A DNA stretch of 64,000 nt from Podarcis cretensis (Eukaryota), in NCBI GenBank assembly GCA_951804945.1, contig OX638154.1:60512001-60576000 (forward strand), read 5' to 3'. The notes beneath the pieces were generated by a model. That model was not told the DNA's origin, searched no databases, and saw only the letters and a program-made list of their open reading frames with translations. Shown piece after piece: positions 50,048 to 63,105 of this stretch. Made by a program: the position numbers and the translations under genes. Each line of letters begins with the position of its first letter. The first letter of the stretch is position 1.

Positions 50048-52353
50048 TGTAATCAGAGCAGTATTATTTCTTTGAACTGTGGTTACATAATTTATTTAAC
50101 TTTTTTCTATAGTAGTTTCAATTATTACTTGAAAGGGTATATGTTTTGCTATGTTGGCTGCTGGAGTATTGTTGTTTTATTATCCCCTTATAAATATATT
50201 GGAATATTTGTGCTGTAAGGGTTTATTGATTTAATGGTTATAAATTCTGTATTGCTTATTAATTGAAGTGTTTGTGGGACAGCCTTCTCATATCTTTAGT
50301 AGAAATTTATTGATAATTATTGTAGAATTTTTATTGTTAGGTATTTTTTCATGTGGTTTGACTGCTTGTGGCTGAAAAGTGTGAGAAACGTATTTGTGCT
50401 CTTCATATTCCGTAGTTCATTTGAGCAAAGCCAGCACTTTCAAATGCACATATTTAAAATCTTCATGAAAGAGTTGAAGATTCTCTTATCTTAGTTTGCT
50501 GGTAAAATCTTCGCTGCACTATATTTTTATATTGGCATATACTGTGCAAAAATAGTCAGCTATCATGAGATCTGTCTTCCTACAGAAAAAAAGATGAGAG
50601 GGCAATTCTAGAACCACTTACAAAATTATAATCCCATTCATTTCTGAGGGACTGCAGCAGAATACAGTGAAGTGGTACTTGGATCGCTCTTGAGGTATTA
50701 CTGCCAGCATTACTATATGAATGACCGTCTGAGACAAAACAAAGGAAACACAGATTTAAGCAATAAAAGATTTCTTCATACCCAGCAAATAGCAAAATTG
50801 AAAAATCAATAGCAATTTGGCAACATTTGTGCATGTGAAGACTGATCAGGTTTAAACAATCCTGCACAGTCAGGATTACTCTTCTGTCTGTGAGAAGGGA
50901 CTGCATAGGACATTCAGAAATAAACTCAGCAAACGCCATGCCTTCCTCAGTAGATATGTGACTGCTATTTCTTGCCTCTATAATTCCCCTTCACACCACT
51001 ATAAAACAAGAGAGTGATTACTCTCAAGTCATAAAGGATCTCAAAGAGACACTGCCATTCAGAGCAGACAGCATTGGGCTACATGGAACCATGATCACAC
51101 CTGCACAAGTTAGTGTCATAGGTTGATGTGATTATCCACAAACCAAATTCCTTTTTGTTTATCACTTTTTCCTCTACAAAATACACATAAATAATGGAGT
51201 TCCTTTAGTCCAACATAAATTAGGCAAATGATACCCTTGTTAAATAAATTTATGAAACAGCAGTGAAAGTTAAAGAGTTCCTGATGTGGAATGCCTTCAA
51301 TTCACCAAACTTGAACTTTTCACACAAGACCTTCCTGGAAGATCTTCCCAAAGATAGTAGCCAAAGCATTTTGCTTCTCCAGTCTATTGTTTTTGAGCCA
51401 TCTGGCAACACAAAAACATGAAACTAGGTATTCCTGTACTCATTATTTTTATCATAATTTAAAACAAAAGGTTTTGATCTATAAAAACTTTAATAACTTT
51501 GCCACTCCACTGCAAAATCAAAAGCCATTCAGTCTTACACAGCCAAGCCAAAGGAAGAGGAACTTTTTATATATATTTTACCAGCAGCACACCAAGTCTG
51601 GACAGCAAAAGCACAGAGGCAGGGATTGTTGGACGCTTCATTTTAAAACTCCCTGTCCCTGGAGTACATCCTGTTCTAGTCCAATACCCCTTCCAAAAGT
51701 ACTCATATAGAACAATCCTAAACACTTGCTTTTCACACCAGCCAGCACAGAAGATGGGGTGTGAGGTGGTTTCTTCTTTTTGCTGTGCCAGCTCCAGGGC
51801 ACCTGTGGACTGGATCCAAAGACAATGGTGCCAAACCATTGCCACACCCTGTTTCAAATCTTTTACGCAGGCTACTTTTACACAGTAGCTTCCTATTCCC
51901 TGTATGCAACAGGGGACTCTGACCCAGCAGCAGAGGCAAACAGAACCCACCAGATGGTCCTTTCTATCTTACCCTATGCCCTCCAGTGGCACAGATCGGG
52001 GATTAGGATTTCCCTGCAATGCTTTGTTGTTTGGAGGTTGCCTTTAATAGGTTACACATGTATGTGGCAATGTTAAACAGAAACAGAAAAAAACATAACA
52101 CTATTTTTATTTAACCTGTTATTATCTATTTATCTTCAACACTAGGGAAAAAACAATATATTTAGTTTTGTATCTGGTTTGTGTGTATGTTAACATGCAT
52201 AATAAAGTAACCTTTTATTTTCCAGGAACATATATGAACTTAGAAGCAGAGGTTTTAGTGAGAAACAGCCTTCATCCTAATTGGCCCTGGCTTTTCTCGC
52301 TCAGTTCTACATGCTGATAGCTATGGCTTGCAAATGCATTCAAGGACGCTTAC

Positions 52354-52495
52354 TGCCTCGACAAAGTCTGCTTATGTTGTGGCACTTGCTCTTGATGCGC
52401 TACAGCTTCTATCTCAAGATGATAATCTCCACTTTTGGTGTCACTTCATCATATGGGGCCACCGGTCAAAGGGCACCCACTGGATCTTTCACCAG
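52354..52495 (-). other. 5'-UTR exon 2 (142 nt) of minus-strand host gene
   Basis: Strong acceptor TTTTCTTTTTATCTCAG|CTGGTG and donor GCA|GTAAGC, in unique sequence. Stops occur in the exon-1 ATG frame. Confidence 0.7.
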
Positions 52496-52902
52496 CTGAG
52501 ATAAAAAGAAAAATCAATTTCAATCATCATAAGATGAAGCCACTGGTATGTGCACTCACAGAAGACAGATCCCAATGTCCTCCTCCCTTGCTGTCCTGAA
52601 ATGGTCTTAAATCATTGCACAAGTGCACAGAAACGCAGGCCACAGATACCGCCCTTTCTCAGCATTATAAGCAATCCACTCTGAGCTCAAGCAATATAGG
52701 GAAACATACAGAAAGGCATCCACATTCATTTTCCTCCTGAGTGTAAAGAACACATTGCATGTAATTAAACAAACTGGGGAGTGTGTGAGAATTAGGCGGG
52801 GGTGGGGATCATATTCAGTTTGTCTTCAAAAATCTATAGCTATCCCTGTTAGCTACATTATAAAATATTAATAGAGGAGAAATATTTGTTTCCAGCGCAA
52901 TT

Positions 52903-52956
52903 CATAGAATCATAGAGTTGCAAAGGATCCTGAGAGTCATCTAGTCCAATCCCTGC

Positions 52957-52991
<35 letters not shown>

Positions 52992-53275
52992 CAACAACAA
53001 CAATAATTTATTTATACCCTGCCCATCTGGCTGGGTTTCCCCAGCCACTCTGGGTGGCTTTCAACAGAATATTAAAATACAATAGTCTATTAAACATTGA
53101 AAGCTTCCCTAAACAGGGCTGCCTTCAGATGTCTTCTAAAAGTCTGGTAGTTATTTTTCAGGAATCTCAAGCATGAATCTCAAGCAAAGCGTCTATGATG
53201 GAGGACCATCCAATTTCAGCTTACAAACCTCCAATGAATAAGTCCACCACCTCCAGAGGGAGTCTATTCCACTGC
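52903..53275 (-). mobile_element. CR1 3' fragment with a nested L2 3' end (52959-53159)
   Basis: The CR1 tail CATAGAATCATAGAGTTG...CCCTGCAAT is interrupted by (AAT)n(AAC)n plus an L2 end, and resumes at CAGGAATCTCAAG. Confidence 0.78.
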
Positions 53276-54564
53276 CCTAATGTATACACATCTACTCAGT
53301 AGTTAAGTCCCATGGAGTTCAGAGAGGCTTATTTCCACGTAAGTATTGTAGAATTGCAGCCTCAATTTAAAGCATTTCTCCAAAACTATATATTAAAGGC
53401 AGATGTTAAAATACCATATACTGCAGGTAGAAGTCCAAGATATTGATCAAAACATTTAGCAATAACTTCCTGTTATTATTTTTCTTTAAATAAACACAGC
53501 AGCAAGGAGCAGATTGATATTGGGGGAGGGGAGTTAAAAAAAGATTTGATATATTCTCTGCAGTTTCCACAGTTCTGCATCCAGCAATAGAAACATACTG
53601 TGCAACAGCTTGAGAGATGAGCTTCATCAACAATAAGTAATTTTTATTCTGTTTGAATGGCCGAAAACAATGAAGGTGATTAAGTACTGCAGATATAGAG
53701 TCAGAATTTAGGAAACTGGCAAAATAATTATAGTAATAAAAATAGTTCCCTGTGAAATAAAGATTTAGTTTGGGAACTATTTTGTGTGGAAGAAACTGTT
53801 TGCTAATTTTTACTGATAGGTCAGGAAATGATAAACACTCTAACAGGCTTTTGGAGTTTGTTGTGTAGGTTTACTATTAATCTTCCTTTCTTCTCTCCCT
53901 AAAGTCTTTTCCATTCAACCAGCCACTGACATGACTAACACATGTTGTCCCTGAACACATGACCTTCATTTTTGCAAGGCACAGACCATGAGTTTGGAGT
54001 CTACTCATGGAGGTCTCTGCGCAAAAGTTACAATCAATACTTGGATATCAGAGAGAGGACTGGCAGGTGTGATCCAAATCCCTTGTCACTCACATACATT
54101 TCTGCACTTTGACACTCTGCATGGGGCTACAATGTACGCTGCAGTTATTTTCAGAAATATTCATTCCCTTCAATGGGAAGACTGCCTCAAAGAGTGTCTG
54201 TTCTTAAAACAGAAATATAATAACCTTTACAGCCCCTCTCTCTTTTATGAAGCTGTATGTCAATCCATCAAAAATACACCACTAGTGGTCAGCACCTGGG
54301 TTGGGGAAGCTCTAGCCCACAGGTTAATATTGGCCTGTTAGGGGGTCCAGTTTGGCTCACATGATCATTTCCCACAAAACAATGTCTGCCTGTCAATCAG
54401 CTGATAACCTTGGTTGGCATCAGCTGATGGGGGTGGGGTTCAGTCCTGCTGGGTGGTATTTTGCCAAATCATTCCCTGAAGGGAACATACTGGCAAAGCA
54501 GACCCCTGCAGACCAGGAATGAACTCTCCGCCTATCAGCTGATCATGAGTACAGAATGCTCATC

Positions 54565-54712
54565 ATCACAGAATTGTAGAGTTGGAAGGGATCCTGGGAG
54601 ACATCTAGTGCAACCCCCTGAAATGCATGAATCTTGTAATATTTTGCCCAGCTGGGGTTCAAACCTGTGACCCCTGAGATGAAGAGCCTCATGCTCTACT
54701 TGCTGAGCGATC
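54565..54712 (-). mobile_element. tRNA-headed SINE with CR1-derived tail
   Basis: CACAGAATTGTAGAGTTGGAAGGGA tail. The reverse complement of the right part resembles a tRNA-Lys-like head. Confidence 0.65.
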
Positions 54713-55024
54713 AAGAAACACGCTGGCTTAGCAGACCCGTCTCCTTCCCCCCACGGACTAACTTTGACAAGTGGATGCCACTACACACCTATCAGTCACC
54801 TGCTGTTACATTTTAATCACAGTGAGTTATTTTCCACGGCCACTACTGTATCAGAAATGAAGGGGGGTGTTGAAATATACTCAGTTGTTTTTCCTATGGG
54901 CCATCATTCACCTCCAAGTTTTAGCCATGAGAGCAGGATGTAAGTGGCAAAGTTAAGACTATAGGGGTGGCCCGCTTCTTTCCCAAGCACAGTTTTCTCT
55001 AATAAACTATTAAAAACTGTAGTG

Positions 55025-55028
<4 letters not shown>

Positions 55029-55082
<54 letters not shown>
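55029..55082. repeat. Compound (CT)n(CA)n microsatellite
   Basis: Direct reading. Other microsatellites include (CA)n at ~36161-36202, (CT)n at ~59815-59863, and (AAT)n at ~17345-17389. Confidence 0.9.
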
Positions 55083-55853
55083 TAGTGTGAGACAGACAGT
55101 GTGGCAAGACAAACTGTGACTTTTTCCCAGTTTTTTTTATAACTAAGGTAAGATCACCAGCTCAATAGCCCCTGGAAGCATGTCTGAACTTCTTCAGGCT
55201 TCTTACTCAGGAGTACTTCCTTTATGTCCCAATTTTCAAAATGATTGCCTCTAGAAAACTAGGGGTGGTCATGGGATTTCTTTTTCCCCACCCCAAAATG
55301 GCCAAGTCTGCTCTTGTAGGAGAACTGCTGCACTCTTCTTTCCTAAATTTGGCAGGCTTCATCACCTCACAAGTGACAAACCTGCCTGCAAGTTGCATTC
55401 AACTGTGGCAAAATATTAAACAATTAAACTATTTATTTATTTATTTATTTATTTATTTTAAAAAATTAAGATTCCCTGCATGAAAAAGCCAGAACGTATC
55501 TACCTGTAATTTTGTAGACTTAGTACACACTGGAGCGCTCCTCTGTCTGCAAATGTCACCCACTTATGTGAAAAGAGTTATCACCAGTTTTAGATTCCCC
55601 ATTATAATCAATGGAGCAAAGCAGACTTTGGATTTAAAAGATCAGATTGGCCTCAAATAACAAATTGAACCTGATACACAGTAGATCCAAAAAGAGAGTG
55701 GTCTGCTTCCAAACTCTACAGTTACAGATACAGTAGTTGGAGAATCTTGTGATAGCAGAACACTTCTAACAACAACAACAACAAATTTCTATTTGTATCC
55801 CGCTCTCCCCAGCCAAAGCCAGGCTCAGAGTGGCTAACAACAAATACCATCAC

Positions 55854-56219
55854 AAAGGTAAAGGTAAAGGTACCCCTGCCCGTACGGGCCAGTCTTGACA
55901 GACTCTGGGGTTGTGCGCCCATCTCACTTAAGAGGCCAGGGGCCAGCGCTGTCCGGAGACACTTCCAGGTCACGTGGCCAGCGTGACATCGCTGCTCTGG
56001 CCAGAGCCAGAGCCGCACACGGAAACGCCGTTTACCTTCCCGCTGGTAAGCGGTCCCTATTTATCTACTTGCACCCGGAGGTGCTTTCGAACTGCTAGGT
56101 TGGCAGGCGCTGGGACCGAGCAGCGGGAGCGCACCCCGCCGCAGGGATTCGAACTGCCGACCTTTCGATCGGCAAGCCCTAGGCGCTGAGGCTTTAACCC
56201 ACAGCGCCACCTGTGTCCC
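55854..56219 (-). mobile_element. Sauria SINE, young subfamily
   Basis: Near-identical reverse complement of 44925-45312. AAATACCATCA occurs on both sides. Confidence 0.93.
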
Positions 56220-57949
56220 TATAAATACCATAAATACCATCATATTTACATGCAAATGCCACTACAGTGTTAAAATGTTTTTCATCAAATCATACCCGAC
56301 ACAATTTCCATCAACAAATTCATCTTTAGTTTAACATTATGTAAGTCTCTGGAGTTGTTTCAAAGCCTGCTGAGAAACCAGGATTCCCAGACTACATCCA
56401 GATAAGGGGCCTAGTTCCTCCACAGCCACCATTGTGAAGGGATGCCTTTTTACACATGAGAAGGTCTAAGAGTCTATTCCCCACCCCCACCTTCAAGCTC
56501 TTTGCTTATACAGAGACATCTAGAGGTGCACAGATAAACTCTCAAATACCCTCAGTATTTGTACCTTTGCAATTCATTAGATATGTTACGAACAAGTGAA
56601 AGTTTTAAATGGGGCAAAGCATGCTCTGCCATCTCCTCAGTAAGCTTTCTTTCCACGCAATCCATGCAATAATTACTCTGGTAACTCGAGGATGCATACA
56701 GCATGTACATCTCTACAATGACTATGAAGCTTGTGTCCTAAAGTAGCAGACATCCTTCTCTGACTTGCTACATTGTATCTCTGGTTATAACAGTTTTTTG
56801 TGTTCCTTTCACAAGGGAGGGGGAAGAAGCTGAACTCCTAATATATCATATAAAAGAAAACCCCCGACAAACACACGAATCAGTAGTGCTTTTAAAAATA
56901 TGAGACTCTAATAATACACCTTTTTTAAATGGACAGTAGAGAGCAGCACAATGATGTTCAGGAGATGCATTATGAAAATGACAGATTGCAAACCAAGATC
57001 ATCCCTAAGTATATATCGGTTTAGGCTCAGAGCTGAGCACAGTTGCAAACAATAAAAGCTTTGTGTTTTTCCCCCCTGATTTGGACTTAGAATTCCTTCT
57101 GCGTACTATTGAAATCAGAAAAATTGCTTGACTATCTGATGTGCAATTACCTTATGAACAGCCCCAGGGAACTACCAAAGCATCTGCAACATTGCTGTGC
57201 ATAATAGTAAACACAGAAGAAACATATTTTTTGTGGGCTGTCACAATAACATGACATTGTGTATAGCTATAATAGAACGATGGGAACTATTACTCAGTCA
57301 CAAAACAAACTCCATTTCCATCACACATGCAGCTTTCCACCAGGAACGCTGAATCCTGGTTGCTATTATTTTTTAAGCACACAATCATATATTCTCCCCC
57401 CACCTCTCTCCTGTGCTTTTTAGTGGGGGGCAGAAGTAATTATAAGGACAAGGCTGATCTTCATAGGGGTTTATAAGCAAGAGCACAGGAAAAGGAAGCC
57501 TGTCTTATAAAAGAATGCAAAGTGTCTAATAAAGAATGCATGTCAGAAAGCTGGAAGGAAGCTTTTTCACTGTTGGGTTTAAAGAGATGAGCAGCGAAAC
57601 TTCCTTCTTTTATGTATCAGGAGGGAGTATGGAGAAAGCAAGACAAGTTGAGTGCGGGATGAATGCCGCTGTCAGTGCCTGGAGAATCTGTGCCTTGTAA
57701 TGAAGTGGGAAAATAATGAGGAGCTTGAAGCATTTTTCCTCACCAGAGCAATTACAGGGGACGCTCCCCCCCCACCCCCCATCATGCCTACACGGAGGAG
57801 CCAGCAGTCCAAGGAGGCAGAAATAGAGCATCCACAGCCTCCTCTCTCTCCACAACTCCCAGTTGCTACCTCCTGACAGACAAGGGGGGGGGGGGATTAT
57901 TATTCCTGCACGGTTCTTTGCCAATTTGTAGGATGGGTGCGCTGCAGAA

Positions 57950-59190
57950 AACTTGCCTCGCCACTCCTCAGGGCTGCACGTGAAGCAAAGCAGGAATAGG
58001 AAAGGGGAGGCAGCTTTCGCGTTGGAGAGGCGAGGGACCCACCAGCATTCAGCGAAGGGAGCAAACCCAAATGCCATCCCATTGGGGACGGGGGGGGGGG
58101 GGGAGAAGAGGTTCCTTTGCTCTAACATTGCCTCCCCGCGCGCGCGCACGTGTCCCACTTTGTTTTCATCCGGAAAGAGGACGGCACCTGTTCTCGGGAC
58201 GAACGGAGCCCGGCTGGGTAGAGGACACGCGCTCCGCGGAAGGGGGAGCGGGGCTCTCGACTTCGACGAGGCGCGCGCAAGGGAAGCCCCGGCGCCTCCG
58301 CGGGCGCTGCTCCCCGCGCCAAGGCGCACGCGCAGCCTTCGCCCCCGGCTGCCCCACCCCCTTTGGCGCCCGCCGCCTCGCACCCGACTCACCTCGCCGG
58401 GCCGAGCCCTCCCGCCCGCGCATGGTCGGAGACTGAGGCGGCTGCTGCCCGCCCGTCCGCTCGCTCGCTGCTCGCCTCTCTCTTTCTCTCCTGCGCTCTC
58501 CGTCCCCAGCTCAGCCCGCGCGCGGGTCCGCCAGCTCCTCCATCCCCCTCCGCTGCTCGCTGGGTGCATCCGCCCCCTGCCGCCTTTGCCCTCTCAGGCC
58601 CCCGACGACGCGGTTAAGCTGGGGCCAGCCGGAGAGAGCGAGCGAGCGAGAGAGGGAGGGAGGGAGGGAGGGGGAGGCCAAGGAGGAGAGGAAGGGTCTC
58701 TGGCTGCCGCCGCCGCCGCCGCCGCCGCCACTGCTGCTGCTGCTAACGCCGCCTCCTCCCCCTCGGAGAGACGCGAGGGAGACGCGGGGTGGGGGGTGGG
58801 GAGAGGATTTAGCGCCTGGATGATGGTGAGGATGAGGAGGAGGATTTCTGAAGCGGCGTGAGGGTGTCCTCGGCGTGTAAGAAAAACAAGCTGGGGGCGG
58901 GGAGAGAGAAAGCCAGGCTGGGTTCTCCTCACGCGACTCGCAGGCTCCCTGGTCCAGGGAAGGAGGCATCCCTGGCACGGCGAGAAACCAGGCTCCCCTC
59001 ACGCGCCCCTCTTTTCGCTCCACGCCCCTCCATCTCCACGCGCCAGCCGGGAGACTTCGCGCGCTCCTATCGAAGTGGAAGAGAAACTTTGCGAGGACGA
59101 GGCTCTCTCGTTACCATGTTACCCCCCATAGGAACAGGAGCCTCAAGACCCAGTTCAGACTTTTCGCCAATATGCCCGGGCATCTGCTTA
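57950..59190. promoter_or_regulatory. CpG island promoter of the minus-strand gene
   Basis: Abrupt rise in GC and CpG density in non-repeat sequence, GC boxes, GCGCGCGCACGTG (NRF1/E-box-like) near 58140-58152, and a (GCC)n(GCT)n tract at ~58705-58753. Confidence 0.92.
58393..58800 (-). other. Exon 1 of host gene (5' end/TSS approximate)
   Basis: Consensus donor CGAG|GTGAGT at 58393/58392 inside the CpG island. Gene unidentified; NCOA1 is only a tentative, unverified guess from recalled leader exon sizes. Confidence 0.7.
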
Positions 59191-59812
59191 TAGCCAAATA
59201 CTGTCACATCCCTCCTCACAAACGTTTGCACTTCTGTATCTTCTTTTTTTCTTTTTTTAACTGATTGCAGGAGGAGAGCTGTTATAATTACACCGAGGGA
59301 AGGGGGGGGGGAAACCCCACTTTAATTTGCCAATTTCATTAAATGATGGTGTTCAAGAGAGATGCGGGGAAATTATATATAGTTACAGGCATTCTGCGCC
59401 TCAGAAAGAACCAGCCGTGTACTGTAAATCCAGAGTTTCCTTGCAATTAGATTATTCAAATGCACGCATACACGCAGGGAGAGCGCGTGCCTGCAATTCA
59501 CTGCTTCCTCTCTCGCAAAGGCTCGCTCTGACAGGGTCTGGAATAGAAACCGCCCTCAAGAAATCTGGTTGGACCCTGAAGTTCTGGCATCCCGTTTTAG
59601 GGCACCAAATCCCCAACCAAGGATGCACAGGGTTGTTGCTTTTTCATACTTCGTTCCATCCATTTCATGCCCCTGCACCTTTTGCATGCTCCTTAATAGC
59701 ATGTCAGCCATTTTTCATTAATAAATCATTGTGAGGAAGGATAAATCTCGAGTGGAATGGTTCACTATCTAAAAGTGAGATTTTTTGCTCCTACTCATGT
59801 TCAGGTTGCTGG

Positions 59813-59867
<55 letters not shown>

Positions 59868-60761
59868 CTTCCCTAGAAAACACCATCATAATAACAAATA
59901 ATGTGATGGGGCGGTTGCTGGTGTGCCCCCCTTCCTCGTGGCTTCTCTCAGTCACCCATGAAAATTTAATGAGGCATTTAGGGCTGCTACCTCCAGAGTC
60001 AATGAGCTGAGCATATGTAGTCTAATGCACTTGCTGCTGAGGCAATAGGTCTACTGCAAGCAGCTCAGAAGTCATCCAGACGCTATCTTCTCGACACAAA
60101 ATTCACGACCCATTAAACCTATTCTGTAATAGCAGCTTCTCTCCACAAATATCATCCTGTCCATAATAGAGACGGAGGCATTCCACACAGCTTCCTGATG
60201 AAAGAGCCTGTATTAAAACCAAAGAAAGGATAGTTGTAGAAGAAGAGGCTGTTTCACAGAGAAGCTTGCCTCTGGAAATGTTATAGAAAGTTTGCTTATG
60301 TGCTGTTCTTCTTCCTTGCAAGAGGCAGGTTAGGGTGCAGTCCAAAGTAAATCTCTGATGCACTGCACTGGGAATCTTCCCCTTGAGTGAACGCTAGCAG
60401 AGCTCCTCATTCTGCCTGCTAAAGTGCGGGAAGCCGGATTTACTATACGTGGACTTCCTGGTAGTGGCAGTCTGTGAATGACCCATGAAGCAGACAGTGG
60501 CTGAGATAGCCCCACTGCCATCATCTGATGGTACCAGGCCTGATTTGAGCCCAGTCTCTATGTCAGCTCCAGGCTAGTAGGTTTCTATCTGCCCCATCTC
60601 CTGCCTTCCACCACAGCAAGTATGAGCAACTGTGGCTCCACCATTTCTTCACATCCCAGATGCCGCTACCTGGCTGGGATACAAATTGCTATGCTGTCCG
60701 GGAAAGAATGACATAGCCTAAGCACCAAGTGAGTTTCATGGCTCTAACCACTACCATCCCA

Positions 60762-61545
60762 CCCTGATCTAGCCACTGTGATCCATGTGATGGTTACCTC
60801 CAGGCTTGATTATTGTAACTCACTCTATGCAGGGCTGCCCATGAAGCTGACCCATAAACTCCAGCGGGTGCAGAATGCTGTGGTGAGGCTACTTACAGGG
60901 TCCTCACTGCAGGACCACATCCATCCAGTGCTACACCAGCTGTGCTGGCTCCCGGTGGAGTACAGGGTCAGGTTTAAGGTGCTGGTTTTAACCTTTAAAG
61001 CCATATACGACCTCGCATATTATGGGACTTATGGGACCGCCTCTCCTGCTACACCCCGCAGAGGACCTTATGGTCTGCAAACAATAACATCTTGGAGTTC
61101 CTGGGCCTCAAGGAGGTTAGACTGGCCTTTTCAGCCCTGGCCCCTGTCTGGTGGAACACTCTGTCGCAAGAGACCAGGGCCCTGTGGGACTTGACATCTT
61201 TCTGCAGGACCTGCAAGATGGAGCTGTTCCGTCAGGTCTTTAGTCAGGACCCAGTCTGACCCCCCTCCTCTTACAAGACCCTGCATATAAGTGGCCTCTC
61301 TAACTCTTCTCACTGGCTCATACAAATAGTCGAGCCTGGTGAGTACTTAGGGTTTCGCTATAGTTATAATTTGTGGGTAGCCATCTGATCTTAACTTTGA
61401 TTTTAATCCAATTTTAAGCTGTATTTCAGTTGATTGCTGAACTTTATGTTTTAATGTATTATATATTTTGATGTTAGCCACCCTGAGCCTGTCTCTGGCT
61501 GGGAGGGGGCCGGATAACAATAACAATAACAATAATAAATTATTA
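60762..61545 (+). mobile_element. L2 LINE 3' fragment
   Basis: VTSRLDYCNSLYAGLP...VQNAVVRLLTG...LCWLPVEYRVRFKVLVLTFKAI, followed by a 3' UTR and AAT/AAC tail. Confidence 0.88.
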
Positions 61546-62491
61546 TTTGTCATCATCACAATAGCTTTTTCTTAAGCCTATTCATTTTAATTGGATTGTG
61601 TTGGGTTGTGAGCATGAACTGTAAGCTTTAAGTTTTAACGAAGGCTTTGAACAGCCTTCCAAGTTTGCACCCCAAGTTATGTCTTCTGCATAGGTAACAG
61701 CCTCATGCAATCGTGTGGATACACAATGAAGATTTATGAAATTTATAAAATTCAAATTTATGAAAGGGTTTTAAAAAAACCCACACAAAACTTTGAATGA
61801 GAAGTGTCAATTTGATATTCAGTGCTGGAATTTATTGATTCAAGTCACACTTCTAAAATATTTTTTAAAAAGTATAAAAGAGCAAAATTGCTCGCAAGGC
61901 TTCAATATGAATGCAAATGAATATGCTGTAATTATACTGTGCAATTTTCTATTAAAAAAATAAAAAAATTGAACAGACCTGAAAAGTAATTTGAATTGCA
62001 ATTCTTCATTGTACCCTTTCATTATGCAAGAGTTACCATAAGCAATCTGTTCCAATTTAATGCAAAATATTTTTAGTTCATAACTTTACATTGAAGGTAA
62101 TTGAATGAGGACATTTATATGCTCATGGATCTTTCTCAAGCAAGTAGAATCAAGCAGGCACTACTCTTGTGCAAACCCTATGAATCTGACAGCGCAAACA
62201 TATGAATGTCTATTCATATTTCATGTCTGTCATATTTCATCCAAATGATGTACTTTCAAGTAAACTGAACAGCCACAGTGTACCTTTGGTAGGAGAACCA
62301 CATGGTGGATTGTGAGGTAAGTGATCAATATTTACCAAAGTGACAGAATCACAGAACTCTAAAGCTGGAAGGGACCCCAAGGGTCATCTAGTTCAAACCC
62401 TGCAATGCAGAAATCTCAACTAACAGCCATCCAAACTCTGCTTAAAACCTCCATGGAAGGAGAGTCCACAATCTCCTGAGGGAAACTGTTC

Positions 62492-62620
62492 CATGGGCAT
62501 TGCCGGAGGAGGGGGCAGCTGCTCCCCTAAATTGATAAAAATCAATACACATCTGAGGTTCTACCCCACCCTCCAACAAAAGCCTGCCCACCCCCAACAA
62601 AAACCCTGGCTACACTCATG
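62492..62620. mobile_element. hAT-type MITE nested in CR1
   Basis: Imperfect TIRs CATGGGCATTGCCGG / CCTGGCTACACTCATG. 8-bp TSD AACTGTTC / GACTGTTC. Confidence 0.75.
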
Positions 62621-63105
62621 GACTGTTCCCCTGTCAAACAGCTCTTACTGTCAGAAAGTTCTTCCTGGTGTTTAGTTGGAATCACCTTTCCTGTAACTTG
62701 AAGCCATTGGTTCGAGTCCTATTCTCCAGGGCAGGAGAAAACAAGCTTGCTCCATATGACAGCCCTTAGATATTTGAAGATATCTCCCCAGTCTCCTCTT
62801 TTCCAGGCTAAACGTACCCAACTCCTTTAATTGTTGCTCATAAGGCTTGGTTTCCAGACCCTTTATCATCTTGGTTCCCCTCCTCTGCACACGTTTCAGC
62901 TTGTCAACATCCTTCTTAAATTGTGGTGCTCAGAACTGGACACAGTACTCCAGGTGCAGTCTGACCAAGGCAGATTACAGTGGGACTATTACATTCCTTG
63001 ATTGGGACACTATACTTCTGTTAATGCAGCCTAGAATAGAATTAGCTTTTTTTGTTGCTGCATCACACTGTAGCTTGTGCTCTACTAATACCCCTAGATC
63101 CTTTT

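Noticed and set aside
52354-58800. Assigning the gene symbol NCOA1
   Set aside because: Based only on recalled leader exon sizes, with no coding exon in the window. Needs BLAST or synteny.
59110-59124. RFX X-box-like GTTACCATGTTAC upstream of the promoter
   Set aside because: The right half-site deviates from consensus, and a single short motif is insufficient.
57610-59193. Long overlapping ORFs (319, 302, 170 aa etc.) on both strands
   Set aside because: Low-complexity R/G/P/A products expected from stop-poor CpG-island DNA. They cross the exon 1 donor and show no domain.
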